Shown: positions 34,560-46,081, counted from the whole stretch's first letter. The stretch: 46,081 nucleotides of DNA, filler included, from Catajapyx aquilonaris (GCA_000934665.2; 2 parts of 2 records of this genome joined end to end with filler, not necessarily neighbours in it), one strand, 5' to 3'. Translations and numbers: made by a program. Notes: generated from the sequence alone by a model not told the origin.

Positions 34560-34775
34560 TGGGGATTTCTGGGGAGGAGACACAGGTGCAAGTGCAATGT
34601 CTGAAAAGGGGTCATGTGCAGTCTCCCCAGTCCTTGAGGTTAGGTGGCCAGACACCTCCAAGGCGAGGGTTAGAGACTCTCCTGACACAGGCGAAAGGGA
34701 GCTCCCGGGCGAGGTTCGAACCTGGGACCTCCCGCACAGCAAGCGAGACGGTACGGTCTCGGCCACCATGCCTCT
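34560..34775 (-). mobile_element. SINE family C-related, 5' part
   Basis: Reverse complement gtggccgagaccgtaccgtctcgcttgctgtgcgggaggtcccaggttcgaacc...cctgtgtcaggagagtctct resembles 32910. Confidence 0.7.
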
Positions 34776-35322
34776 CAATGGCAATATTGACTTCTCATTG
34801 TACTACGCAATTTGGAGGAATATGGCACTACGATTGTGTAATCCAAAATAATCCTTTTAGTAAACAATCAGGAACTCAGAAAATGTTGAACTTTCTGCCA
34901 TTACCAGAAATTTAAATACTCCAGGGGTCTTACACTGCATGACAATGAGAATTCTTGCTGCTATGTGGCCTAAGTCCCCAAGGTTCCAAACACTTCTGGG
35001 ACCATTTTGCCATTTTCAAATCCAGATTTCACAGTTGGAGATATCCTAAGGAAGGTCAAAGTAGCTATTTCATTTTTTGATTTTACGATTTTACCTTCTC
35101 TTCTGGTTGGATGGAATATAGCAGGCAAACTGATAAGCACCTTGGATAAGGTACAGGGGAGTATGGGCATAACTGGACTAGTGAACAGTTGTAAAAGGAA
35201 GGGAATAAGTGGGATACATGTGTTATCGTGTGTGTTACATTATTATCTCAATAAGCTCATAACGTTTTATATTTTCAGTGACTTCCTGTGCTTGACAAAG
35301 TATCTTGACAAGGACATCAATC

Positions 35323-35359
35323 ATGGTTAGAACTCGTGAAGCCATAGGCAATGAAAAGA
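35323..35359 (+). CDS. PCLAF: PCNA-associated factor (PAF15/KIAA0101) homologue, coding exon 1
   Basis: Acceptor attttcAG at 35278, MVRTREAIGNEK, phase-1 donor A|GTAAGT. Confidence 0.85.
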
Positions 35360-35420
35360 GTAAGTTTTGACAACTGGTGATGAAGTATGGAAGATCATAA
35401 TATCTCAATTTTTTAAACAG

Positions 35421-35474
35421 CCTCCAGCGGCAAGGCCCCTCGCAAGATACCGAAGCCACCCTCTAAGAAAGCAA
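35421..35474 (+). CDS. PCLAF: PCLAF homologue, coding exon 2
   Basis: Follows a 61-nt intron with acceptor ttttttaaacAG. Encodes TSSGKAPRKIPKPPSKKA (APRK as in PAF15). Phase-1 donor A|GTGAGT. Confidence 0.85.
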
Positions 35475-35735
35475 GTGAGTACACTGTGTAACAAGAGGGT
35501 GATATTTACCCTCCTCTTTCTCTTCTCTCCACCTCTTTCCCTCTACCTACCTTGTACCTGTATTGTTGAATTAAGGCTGTCAATTGACTAATTTCTTGGC
35601 CCAACTACTTAAGAAGCTGTGTATTAGCAAGTAGGAACAGATATACGTACACATCACAACTACAGAGTGTGAATGTGCCAACTGGGGACAGTTAAGGCCA
35701 CCATCATCATGACCAGCCCCCTGTCACTTCTATCC

Positions 35736-36617
35736 CAGGGAGTGGATTCAAGAAGGGGCGAAAATAGATACATGGCGCACGTGCAGTTAGCTGTCGCAGC
35801 ACAGGCGGAGTGGCGCTGCGAGTTGGATTCACAATGGGGCGCAACTACTTACAATGGGATCGCTACACCTGATGAGGAGGAGGTGTAAGTGGGAGACGTG
35901 ACATGGCCTCCGACTGGCTCCTTTTCGGGCCAGAGCTAGAAGTCAAAGATAGGCCTCACCCCACCTTTCCCCCGATAATCCAGGATCGCATGTGGACCCC
36001 CCCGTTACATGCCGCCCATGGGTATAGACCTACTCACTGTGTGAAATCCGGCTGACACGACGACACTTGCTGCCGGCAGACGACGAGGGGTAAATCACTC
36101 GTAAAGACTGTTGTACGCTCAACTTCTGAGTGATTTACCCCTCGGCACAGACGAAGCAACAGTTTCAGCCAGCATTGCCTGACTGCTCATAGCTTTCGTT
36201 AGCTCGGGTAAGGAGTGGGAATAGGGGAATGTGGCAGCCTTGAGCGGGCGTCTAGCGCCATCCGTAATAAACTAGTTTGTCTCCCTTTTTAATTTCAGCC
36301 GAGTGCCCATCATTTTCAGATCTTCCACCAAAGATGATACTCTTCCCCACCTTCCCTTCGAATTTTTTCCTTGCGCTAGGATGGGTGGATTCAGGTGGCC
36401 GTTTACCAACACAGCCAATAGCTAGGCCCGTTACATGACACGTGACTTTTACACTTGTGCCCTGCTTACACAGAGTGCTGAGTTGCATTGTGAATCACTT
36501 GATACCTCCAGAGATCCTCCGCCTAAATGAGGTGTAAGGGTGGCGTAAAGTTACTCCATGCAAATTACTTCCGCCACGTAAAGTTGTGCCCCTTCCACCC
36601 CCTGAATCCACCCCCTG
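35736..36617. mobile_element. Possible hAT-like element
   Basis: TIR CAGGG(A/G)GTGGATTCA and an internal 16-bp stem at ~36085-36143. No 8-bp TSD found. Confidence 0.35.
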
Positions 36618-36683
36618 GCCAATAGAAAAAGCTGTGCCGTTAGATATCCCTTCCTGCATTGGCGCTAGTATGTGTGCAATGGA

Positions 36684-36856
36684 GGGTGACACGGTGGCAG
36701 AGTGGTTAGCGCCACAGCCTTCCACCTCTAAGGTCCCGAGTTCGATCCCCGGGTCGGGCGGAGGATACTTATGTGGATAGAGTTTCAATGGGTTCTCTCC
36801 GTGTTCGCGTGGGTTTTCTCGGGGTTCTCCCGTTTCCTCCCACTATCAAAATCCGT
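36684..36856 (+). mobile_element. SINE family B, 5' part
   Basis: Close match to 10907-11080. Confidence 0.85.
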
Positions 36857-37638
36857 CACAGTTGTTGTTTGCAAAGCCCCTCACCCCCAAGCATCCTGCA
36901 ATCTCAAAAGTGTTATATTATCATTATGCAACAAATCACAGGCTGATCAGCACTCAACTAACCGTAGATTTGAAAAATATTAATCATGTTCACTCTTGCT
37001 AATTCATGTTAATCTGCAAATTAAGCAGGGAAGGCTTGCAAATCATCAAGTGCTTGTTCATTCATGAACCTGACCTACCCATTTTTGTTTAAGTCAAATT
37101 AAATTCTGTTTGTGTCATGTAATATGCAAGGTATTTGAGGATCAGGAATCCTGTCCTAGGCTTTAGCAACAATGAAGAAGTTGGTTGGAGGAAGAACGTA
37201 ATCCATAAATTACTGTTAAATATATGAGGGGGAAATTATTAATAGTGTAAAATTATAGGCATGCAGATATTTTATGTGGGTGGTATGGACAGGTGTCTTA
37301 CTGCCTTTCCATGTAGACTCATTGCATAATGTTTTACCCACCTAAGCTGTCTCTCTCCTCTCCCCTCCCCCTCAACCTCTCTTTCTCCCTCTCCCTCCCT
37401 CCTTTGCATGGTGGCATGTCTTTGTGTCATTTCAGAAGTGTCATAAAAATCATGTGCCTACACATGAATTGTTCTCAAAAACCATAATTACAGCCACCAA
37501 TGAGAAAATCTTAATGAGATCCTGCCATTGTTGCTTTGTTTGAGCAACAGTCAAATACATCAAATGAAAGGCTCAATTTGGGAAATGTTATGGTTGTAAT
37601 CTAATTAGGTTTTATGGATTGAAATTAAAATGTTAATA

Positions 37639-37918
37639 CAGTGGAGCATCGATTATCCAAACAGAGTCTGCCAAGGGGGTTTTCGGATAACCGATAATTT
37701 GCGGGAGGGAATTGTACCGGTGTCATATGAGCAATATGAAACTTAAGAAACAGTGATGATATAACCACAAAACTGTATATTTTCTGTGACAGCCACGTCT
37801 TCAAAATAATGTACATATACCTTGCTGTCCTTACATGAAGTAGTTCTACAGTTTGGGGCGGGGGGGGGATGCCAATTTTTGGCTACCCAAAAACGTTCGG
37901 TTGATTGATCTTCCACTG
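37639..37918. mobile_element. Diverged pogo/Tigger-like MITE
   Basis: TA|CAGTGGAGCATCGATTATCC...GATCTTCCACTG|TA. Confidence 0.6.
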
Positions 37919-38043
37919 TAGTTTGCATAATAGTTCAATATTGCAAATTTGTGAAGAAATTGCTCCCATGTTTCTAGATATACAAAGTAGATAAGCGTGT
38001 TCTCCAGCAGATATGCAAAATTCAATTATTTTTTTCCATGTAG

Positions 38044-38552
38044 AGTACACTGGAGGAGGAAACCGTGTTTGCCCTCAGCCGATACCTCCTTGGCAACGAA
38101 AGATAACCCGTTTCTTTAAACGAACTGGTTCCAAGCGAGCAAGGGCAGAAAAGAATGGGGAGGGGAGCAAGGAGGAGAGAAAACAGCTGAGGAGGCGTAA
38201 GAGGCAGAAGAAAGAACAGGTCAAGGGAGTAGAAGGCGAGGAAGAGAACCCTGATGAAACTGACAAGCCTGAAGATGGAAAGGATGACAACTCCGATACA
38301 CATCAGGATGGCGACGACTCGGATACTGATCAGGACTCGGACTCGGATACTGATCAGGACTCGGACTCGGATACAGATCAGGATGATGATGATGGGAAAG
38401 ATGCTAATGGTGAAGGTGATGACTACGAAACAGATCGGGAGGATGGTGATGAGAAAGATGCTAATGGGAAAGAAGACTCTGATACTGATCAGGATGAAGA
38501 TGACAACACGGATGAAAATGCAGTCTCTGTGCAGCAGGCCGTCGCAGTCTAA
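38044..38552 (+). CDS. PCLAF: PCLAF homologue, coding exon 3 (PIP box, basic patch, acidic repeat tail); joined CDS 199 aa
   Basis: Acceptor ttttttccatgtAG at 38043 (phase 1). KYTGGGNRVCPQPIPPWQRKITRFF aligns to PAF15 KYAGGNPVCVRPTPKWQKGIGEFF, with PIP box QxxIxxFF. Stop TAA at 38550-38552. Confidence 0.9.
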
Positions 38553-38644
38553 GCATTTTTCATGTGTTTTTTGGATTCTTACCACATGTGTTCGTTCTAC
38601 GCTAGGTGATACCTGATGTAAATAGTGTTGCTATTCTGGTTTAT

Positions 38645-38748
38645 ATGCTCTTATTTGTGAAGTTGATGACATGCTCTTATTTGTGAAGTTGATGACATGC
38701 TCTTATTTCTGGAGTTGATGACATGCACTTATATCTGGAGTTGATGAC
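38645..38748 (+). repeat. Minisatellite, 4 x 26 bp
   Basis: atgctcttatttgtgaagttgatgac at 38645, 38671, 38697 and 38723. Confidence 0.9.
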
Positions 38749-39026
38749 ATGGGGTCAAATTTTCATCCCACTGCTACATACTGCTAACTTAGGTGTACCA
38801 GTGCCAGCACTGGTACAATGTTGGACATTAATCGAGGCATATTCCTAGCGACATTTTTCGAAGCCGCAGAAGAAGGAATGGAAGATAAGGATAGTGCAAG
38901 CCGGGAGAGCAAGATTCCTTCTTCTGCCGCTTCGGAAAATGTCGCTGGCAGTATGCCTCGATTAATGTCCAACATTGTACTGCTAAGTTTACAGTAACTA
39001 GCAGTGGGAAGAAAATTTGACCCGTG
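38748..39026. repeat. ~280-bp hairpin element downstream of the PCLAF stop
   Basis: gggtcaaatttt...gtacaatgttggacattaatcgaggcata pairs with tatgcctcgattaatgtccaacattgtac...aaaatttgaccc. Confidence 0.85.
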
Positions 39027-39121
39027 TTTTTGGAAGACTTTTTTATTATCTGGAATGTACATTACTGTAAAAAAAACTGACTTGTACCTCCATGCAGTGC
39101 CAATTCAGCTACAGGTGGAAA

Positions 39122-39374
39122 CATGGTCGAAGAATAGTAAGGTCTGGTCTCTCCCCTCTTTATCTCTTTGACGGGGTGTTTTGCAGCAGGTGGCTGCTTG
39201 ATAGCGCTTTTCAGGGCTTTCTTCTACCTATAAGTTCAGAACAGTTCAGTAGGGTTGCACATGTCTGTGAAGCCCTCAAAAGCTCTATCAAGCGACCTGC
39301 CGCCAAACAAAACACCTAAGGCTCCTAAGGCAATAAGAAGGCGAGTGTCCAAACCTTACTATTCTAAGACCATG
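39122..39374. mobile_element. P-element-like MITE with symmetric TIRs
   Basis: CATGGTC..AGAATAGTAAGGT.TGG at both ends and perfect 8-bp TSD GGTGGAAA (39114-39121 and 39375-39382). Confidence 0.85.
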
Positions 39375-40648
39375 GGTGGAAACATGCAGGAAATGACATG
39401 CACTGAGGTTGATTCATGCATTCTTCATCTGAGCCTGCATTTGTGCTCCATGCATGGGTACGAGGCAATTTTTTGTGGTAGTGTACTGTGGAGGTTTATG
39501 ATTTCATGTCGTTTAATGAGAAGCTGTTTTTTACACTTCCATACATTTCTTGGAAAAATGTGCCTGTGTATGGGATTGTATTAGTTGTGATCATGATTAA
39601 ATAAATTATTCTTATTAATAATGCCCCTTCCAAATTTTTTATATGAGAAAGGTTTTTTTTAGACCTATTGCATGATTCCAAGATGGACTTCTTGAGTTTC
39701 CACTAGTTTTTGGCATTTCCAGTATGTAAATAGAGTTCAGAAAGGTGATAGTGGACTGGTTGTCCACATGTAGGCATGATTTGGAATTAAGGAAAGTCTG
39801 GTAATGTCTGCCCATGGATCAAAATATTGTTTACATCAGAGCCACAGTAGAGCCAGTTAAAATTCCAGAGGACACCTTGCCTGACCATTTTGGCGCAGCA
39901 GAATAAAAGGTTAGAAAGCAGGGATGCAGGATGCAGGGAGTGGCAAGTGAAAGCTAAGTGATGACCTCGAGTGTAGGTTTATTCCAAGTGTGTTCAAAAG
40001 AACGTGAGAAACCTATTGCAATGATGAACATTACATTGCACACTTTTTCTATCAGCCCCCTTTCACACGTTTTGGCTGCTTCCTGCCGTAAGTGCTTAGG
40101 TGTCCAACAGGTGAAGCGTGGGGAAATGTCAAGAAAATGTTCCTCCATAAAAATCAACTTGGATGTTAGAGAAGTCTTCTCGGAAACCAGTTCATTCTGA
40201 TACCAAGTAGGCTTTTTGCTTCGGGGACTGAGGGCTGTTGTGTCGGTTACAGTTCTGTCCCATACTAAAAGGTGCCTATCTTTGTTAAAACATAAAACGT
40301 ATAATATTTATGTGTCATATTCTTAGGACATAGTAGAATACAATGTGGCAAGCATCACATCCACGGGTTTCAATGCTGCTATCTTGACCAGATTCACTTT
40401 CAGAGACTCAATGTTCCTGTGAGAATTTATTAGAGCAAGAACTCTCCTCCAATATGGTCCACAGTAGATAATCCAAAGAGTTCAGATTGCAGCTTCCTGA
40501 AGGCCAATCTTCAGTAGTGATGAACCCCAGTACCATTGTGTGGTCTTGTCTTTGTGTGCTGGTGCTGATCCTGCTGGAGACTCAATGCCATCCAGCATGC
40601 AGGGCATGGTTAAGTGGTTTCACTACCCTCTCTAAGATGTCACCTTGG

Positions 40649-41315
40649 TGTGACGACTGGTCAATTAGGGATTAAGGATTGGGATTAAAGACTTGGGAGT
40701 AAGAATAGGTTCCGATGCCCACTGGGTCCTCCAGTATGGAGTGGGTTGGGGCACTCTTAATCAAGGCGAGTTTCTCAGTACACATTTATTGAACGACACA
40801 TGACATAATGGTTATAGGCATTATATAGACATTTGTACAGGATGACCACCCGTGCTTATGGCTGGACATGGGGCCAGGACTTCACTGGTGACGCGTACAC
40901 AGTACTGACACTCCCATACTCACTGCTGGTACAGGCGCCGGCGTCTCCGTTCGAGGGATGGTTTGGGACTCTTCTCCCGTATCTCTGGACTGATCCAGAC
41001 CGTTCCTCCGACGTTCGACTTCACGTTCCGACTTTGCACGCTCGACCTCTCCACGCTCGACCCGAACTGGCCGATTCTTGCTCCTTCTATAGCGCCTGAA
41101 ACTTTCAGTTTCTGTTTTTCTGGATTTGGGGGTCCTTGTAGGTCCAAACCGTATTGTTTTCTCTTCTTTTTCGGGTTGTAGGTCACTAGGTAGTCAATAG
41201 GATTCCATTTCTCTAGGATATGGCTCCTTGGTGACTTGCCCTTGGCTGTGCTGTTGTTCCCGGTCCAATCTCCCTTTTATTTCCGTTTTCTCTTCTTGGG
41301 TGGGCCACCGTCACA
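40649..41315 (-). mobile_element. 667-bp solo LTR (second family)
   Basis: On the minus strand TGTGACGG...TCGTCACA, with TATATAA and AATAAA. 4-bp TSD TTGG (40645-40648 and 41316-41319). Removing it restores the transposase frame Y-Q-G-D. Confidence 0.92.
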
Positions 41316-41417
41316 TTGGTAATTCGGTACTGCAGTTTCGCAAAAATACAGTTCTGTGGCGACTTCGTGGCACACTCCCCAACAAACCATCACTGATGGT
41401 GGTTGATAACCTTTCTC

Positions 41418-41745
41418 AGGGGAGGGAAAGTGGTGCTGCGGTAACGTATGCCCCCACGGATGTTAAGGTCCCGGGATCAAATGCCAGGGACACCCCCTTC
41501 ATCTCGTGCAGAGTTCAGGGTCGCCTCTGGCTTCGTCTCAGGTGGTATTTCCAATAGACTAAACCACCCGGGGGAGTTCACTAAAAATCGCCACATTAAG
41601 ACTGCACCTTGCACATCATTCCCCTCCTGTCATCCTGCCCGTGGGCCTGGGCATTTCAAATTAATAGGCTCCAAATGTACCATCATCAAAATAAAGGTCC
41701 ATGCAATATGCCCCCAGGTGGGGGGTGAAAGCACATTACCCCAGA

Positions 41746-41802
<57 letters not shown>
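41418..41802 (+). mobile_element. Diverged tRNA-derived SINE with (ATT)n tail
   Basis: 12-bp TSD ataacctttctc (41406-41417 and 41803-41814), degenerate A/B boxes, and body word tgcaccttgcac shared with family C. Confidence 0.8.
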
Positions 41803-41805
<3 letters not shown>

Positions 41806-42064
41806 ACCTTTCTCCACCTTGGGGATCTTCTTGATGGCTTCTTGGGAGCTGTGCACACACACTCTGTCAATTTGGCAGTTGACATTTTCCTCTATCATAA
41901 ACATTTTGTCATTTCTAAATTGAATTTTTCAAAGTCCCCAGTTTGTATGCTGCTCCAACAACCGTTTCAATCTCGTTGCTGTGATGTAGTTTGTGCTTTG
42001 ATAATGTAGTGCAATCGAACTGACAGATATATGAAGAGGGAAACCAAGGTGCAACTTCCATATA

Positions 42065-43568
42065 CAGGGTGTTTCTAACTAGTCCAGCCAACAGCCGTCA
42101 GCGTATTCCTTGGGCTAAAACAAGTCGAAAATGTAGAGGGGAGAAATGTCAAGGGACCAACAACTGTTAACGAGGTAGACGACCAGAAACACTGGCCGGT
42201 GGTTGCCAAAGTTGCAGGATATGATTGGTGATAATCACGTCTGAGAGGTGACCTAGCAAATCCCAACAGTCGCGATTTTCACGCTAATATCCTGATCCTT
42301 CAGCAACCATTGACCAAGGTTACTTCTCAAGGTCATTTTAACGGTTGCTCACTCGCAGTGGTGGGCACAGATAACGGAAAAATTAGCTTCGCTAACAGCT
42401 AAACAGCTAACGGAATATTTTGACTTCCCTAAATCGCTCATGTTAAAAACTCACAAATTTAGCGGAAGCTACCGCTAACCGCTGGCACTAACTTTCATTA
42501 GATGAATTTAAGCCATTTTTGGCTCTACGACTCTTTAAAAAATAAAAACAGACAGAGTGCTAAAGCCTAGAGAACATGCCTTATTTAGTTATTTACTGTT
42601 CCGTAAAAAGTAATAAACAAATCCAAAGAGCAAAAAAATTTAATATTTCCAAAGGTTTTACATCAGTACTTCCCAATTCTTTTCGTTGGCGACCCCAAAA
42701 AATAGTCTCGTAAAATTCTCGACCCCCCCAGACATGCACCTTTTGATCCCTCAACATGGAAAGACAGGTAAAGAGTGAAATTAAAATCACTGATAACTAT
42801 TGTCGAGTAATTGACCTGTTCTGTAGGCTAGCTTAACTTCTCATAATATCAATATATTGAAATATAAATTCACTTTGTATGCGATACTTTCTTTCGGAAA
42901 ATAATTTCCCTGATTTCTTACCATTTTCCCTGTCTCCCTTTTACCCAAATTTCCCTCGAAATTTTCCCGTGCCAAGGGAAATTTCCCTTCGTCTACCACT
43001 GCTTTCCGTAGCCACCAAAAGACTGCTCCCCGCTCCCTGTCACTTTGGACTTCGCCCCCTGTGTTTTAACACCTCAGAGGAAAAGCACAGTCATTTTTGG
43101 TGCGTCACCAATGGGTGGCAAATGGGAAGGTGGTCTGCATACCACCCTCCGACCAGGATGATTAGACCATACCTTTTCCACCCTTGAACCCCCCTACCTA
43201 TAAACCAGTCTAATTTGATCCCTGCCTGGAGCAGAAAGTGGGAAGTGGGGCAATGCTGCTCAAATCTAACAGAGGAAAATGAATGAATTTTGTTAGCGCA
43301 TGAACATCTAGCGGCATGAAACTTAGCGGAAACTAAGTGGTCCGCCAACTGTTTGAAAAGTTAGCGAAAGCGCTAAACAGCGACAAGTCGATCTAAGAAG
43401 TTGAAAATGTAGGAGGGAGAAATGTCGAGGGAGCAGTGGTGGGCATTAGTTTCGCCAATTGCTAATAGCGGAACTAACCGAAGACATTTCTCCCTCCTAC
43501 ATTTTCGACTTCTTTTGGCTCAAGGAATACGTTGATGGCAGTTGGCTGGACTAGTAACAAACACCCTG
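42065..43568. mobile_element. Tc1/mariner-type MITE with ~85-bp TIRs and nested insertion(s)
   Basis: TA|CAGGGTGTTT..ACTAGTCCAGCCAAC...GTTGGCTGGACTAGT..AAACACCCTG|TA. Inner element starts CAGTGGTGGGCA and is rich in TAGCG/CGCTA words (~42356-43380). Confidence 0.8.
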
Positions 43569-43924
43569 TATATCCCCCCTCTCTCGTCCAAGAATAACAT
43601 CCTCATTTCCAAAAGAACAACACATGGTTTATTCACAGCTTGATTACAAGTCAAATGGGCGTACCCAATAGCACCACTTGTGTGGCCTGGCATAATCATT
43701 CAAAACACATGACATGATGCCTCAACAATCTGGCTTCATGCTAATGATTCCACATATTTATTTTAGCTTTCTTCAATACCCTATACTAAGTCATTGTATA
43801 CGGGCATAATTATGTTCCCAACAGGAATCTCAAATTCTTTACGTGATATACCATTGTTCAAAACATGGTTAATATTAATGGGGGACACATCACAACACTT
43901 TTGACTAGTGAAGGCTTTTTGATT

Positions 43925-44075
43925 GTGGGAGGAAATGGGAGAACCACGAGAAAACCCACACACCAGCATGGACAGAACCAATTGCAACTCTTTCCACATG
44001 AGAAATTCCTGTCTGATACAATGATTGAACTCAGGACCTGAGAGGTGGAAAGCTGTGGTGCTAACCACTATGCTG
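43925..44075 (-). mobile_element. Diverged SINE family B copy
   Basis: Reverse complement agtggttagcaccacagctttccacctctcaggtcctgagttcaatc...gggttttctcgtggttctcccatttcctccc. Confidence 0.75.
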
Positions 44076-45638
44076 CCCTGCTACGTGCAGTATACAGTAT
44101 GTATGACTGGGGGTTCCACAAATGATGCAAGTATGCTTACCATAACCACAACATCGTGTGCCTCTACCATAATAACCTTGTTTTGTACTTTTACACTTTT
44201 TGCCTGCTTACTCTGACAGTACTGCCATGCTTAGGAAAAGAACAATCTGTAATGGCCAATCACGACAAGTGATGCCCATCAGGCTCCATTAGACAATAGT
44301 ACCTAGATTGCACTGCAGCTGCAACAGCCCAATGGTAGTGGTCAAGCAACACTCCACCTTACTGCACTTTGCCGATTGTTTATTTCCCTAAGCAGGGGCA
44401 AAATAGTTACAGTTCAATCACATACATCCCTTGACAACACTTTCTAGTCAAGTCATAAACACTTCGCTATTTTCAACTCCCTTCATTTTTGACCTGTTCT
44501 GGAACAAAAATATTATATCATCACCATGGAATTTATTACAATGTCTGCTGCATCCAAAATGCTGAAGAGTATTGGTGTTTGATGGGGTGGAGCATCAGTG
44601 TGCACTTACGCAGTGGAGCATCAGGGAACACCGGGGATTAGCACACGAGTGTACACATTTCAGCCTAGTGACGACCACCTCGGTTCCGTTACCATGTATC
44701 ACCCTACTATGATAAAAGGTTCAAAAAGTACCAAACATCTAGAATTTCCAATTTCTAAGGCATCATGTCAATAGTGCGTTTTTCTAACAACGTCAAATAT
44801 TATGCCACACCTTTCATACCCATGATTAGATAAAAAAACCTCCTTAAATATACCTGTACAATATACATGCACAAGTGAAACCAAAAATGACCAAGTCCCT
44901 GCAATTTTAAGAGACCACTATTATTAATTGAGCCAAGGCAGAGTATCGCATGGATCCTTGCTATGTGACAAAACATACACCTTGAACAATTACATTTCAA
45001 TAAAAATACACATGAAAAATGAGAGAAGGATGGAATGTAGGTAACCAGGAATCAAATATTAAGTCAAGTCTGCATGGCTGAAGTTACATTCTGAGTGGTT
45101 TCTCAAACCCTTGTGCCTGATGACACTAAATTGGAAGGACTAATAGACTCCTGTTCAACATAAACTGACACCAATTTGGGTGCAACATAGTGAACAGTGT
45201 GCCACAAGTGGACAATCTTTGCTTTGCAGATTAGTAATAATAATGAGTTTGTAATTGTTTGAAATATCTTCCACAGGTGTAGTAACTTTCATCAGGTTTT
45301 GATTATCACAAATAAAATTCTTGCAGTGTAGCCATGCAGTTTAAAGAAAACAAAAAACACCACACTTTTGCTTCAGATTAGAAATTTTAAAATGTTGGGA
45401 TACAGAACACGATGCTGGCCACGATGGACAATTGAAATGTCCAAATCGAAAATAAAGAACCAGATCCACCAGGCACACCACTAACGAGATCCATCCAAAA
45501 AATAACTCAAAATTCTTCATGTGGGTCATGCACGCTCTTTCGTATGAATCTGGTCCCAAGAGACCACAGCAGCTATTTAAAATAATGATCTTGCCCTAAA
45601 AATCACTTCCACACCATAACATTACTGTCTGGTGGGAT

Positions 45639-45946
45639 TCAATCTTCATGGTCTCCTTCTGGGATCATGCCTGTAGAATCTGGTCCCTCTCCTGCCACAT
45701 TGCTCCCTTTTTGTGTGGCATTAGGCGGCACACTAACTATATGAATGTACGGACCCGGAACCAAGCCCATGTTGGTTCCATTTGAGGCCAACACCCAACC
45801 ACGAGTTGGAGGCTGCAAGTCTTTTGGAGCGATAAAAAGAGTCTCTGATGCATTAATAGTCAGCTCCTTCGGGCTCTCTGCCTTGAAGTCGTACAATGCC
45901 CTAGCCAAGTAGTGCTCACCCTGGCCAGTCATCCATGGTTGCAAAA
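45639..45946 (-). CDS. PEX13: Peroxisomal membrane protein PEX13, terminal exon (SH3 domain)
   Basis: Minus-strand acceptor ttctctctcAG (45948-45947). WMTGQGEHYLARALYDFKAESPKEL.....L.IAPKDLQP..RGWVLAS.G...GLVP..Y matches the PEX13-specific SH3 pattern (W.SG.D.H.VARA.YDF...A.K.QQP..RGWLLAS). Stop at 45639-45641. Confidence 0.9.
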
Positions 45947-46081
45947 CTGAGAGAGAATCTGATTATTACCACATCACTGGGTTTTACGAGGGGGAATCAA
46001 ATGAAAACGATAATTAATTTTTTTACAATTGTTCTACTATAATAATGATTGTGACAACTACACTATTTTTCCACATAGTCC

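Larger units (their letters stand above)
40345..41980 (-). pseudogene. Decayed maT/DD37D (Bmmar1-like) transposase interrupted by a solo LTR and a SINE
   Basis: Reassembled translation F.NDKMFMIEENVNCQIDRVCVHSSQEA..IPKVEKGYQPPSVMVCWGV....TELYFCE...NYQGDILERVVKPLN...QQD.APAHK.KTTQ...FITTEDWPSGSCNLNSLDYLLWTILE...HRNIESLK, with stops and frameshifts. Confidence 0.88.

Noticed and set aside
38013..38043. ATG start of the 179-aa ORF
   Set aside because: Intronic. The conserved PAF15 N-terminus is on exons at 35323-35474.
38022..38616. Alternative-frame and antisense ORFs over the PCLAF tail, and antisense ORFs over FBXL and pol
   Set aside because: Shadows of repetitive or real coding sequence.
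39954..40274. ~107-codon open frame on the minus strand (HLLVWDRTV...CERGLIEK)
   Set aside because: No motif recognised and weak splice signals. The length is compatible with chance; tblastx would decide.

Overview
Eukaryotic genomic DNA rich in introns and transposable elements, probably from an arthropod. This is inferred from DRE/Motif-1-like promoter words, TTAGG-like repeats, a Bmmar1-like transposase and insect-type SINE bodies. A synthetic 100-nt spacer (N44-TTAATTAATTAA-N44, 23050-23149) splits the window, so adjacency of the two halves is unproven, although both share TE families. Four host genes can be reconstructed by eye. (1) The C-terminal exon of EIF1AD (+, from 2741). (2) A spliced F-box/LRR gene (+, CDS 13230-13352 and 18424-19512, 403 aa, probable 5'UTR exons near 9.4-9.7 kb). 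(3) A three-exon PCNA-associated factor PAF15/PCLAF homologue (+, 35323-38552, 199 aa) with a histone-H3-like N-terminus, a PIP box and an unusual long acidic repeat tail. (4) The last, SH3-encoding exon of PEX13 (-, 45639-45946). The rest is a nested patchwork: a LINE fragment, a head-to-tail Helitron dimer, a Ty3/Gypsy 3' half, two solo LTRs, a decayed maT/DD37D transposase, non-autonomous Harbinger-, Kolobok-, Transib-, P-, Sola-, EnSpm- and Tc1/mariner-like elements, and three tRNA-derived SINE families. Many of these have readable target-site duplications (TSDs). I found no CRISPR array, true tRNA/rRNA or prokaryote-type system, and no clearly new multi-gene system can be proven from sequence alone. 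The best leads are the PCLAF variant with its TE-rich, duplicated upstream region (including a TE-borne E2F/CDE-CHR module), an asymmetric-ended P-like hairpin family, and the Gypsy integrase with a long low-complexity tail. All family assignments are by-eye motif recognition, not database searches.
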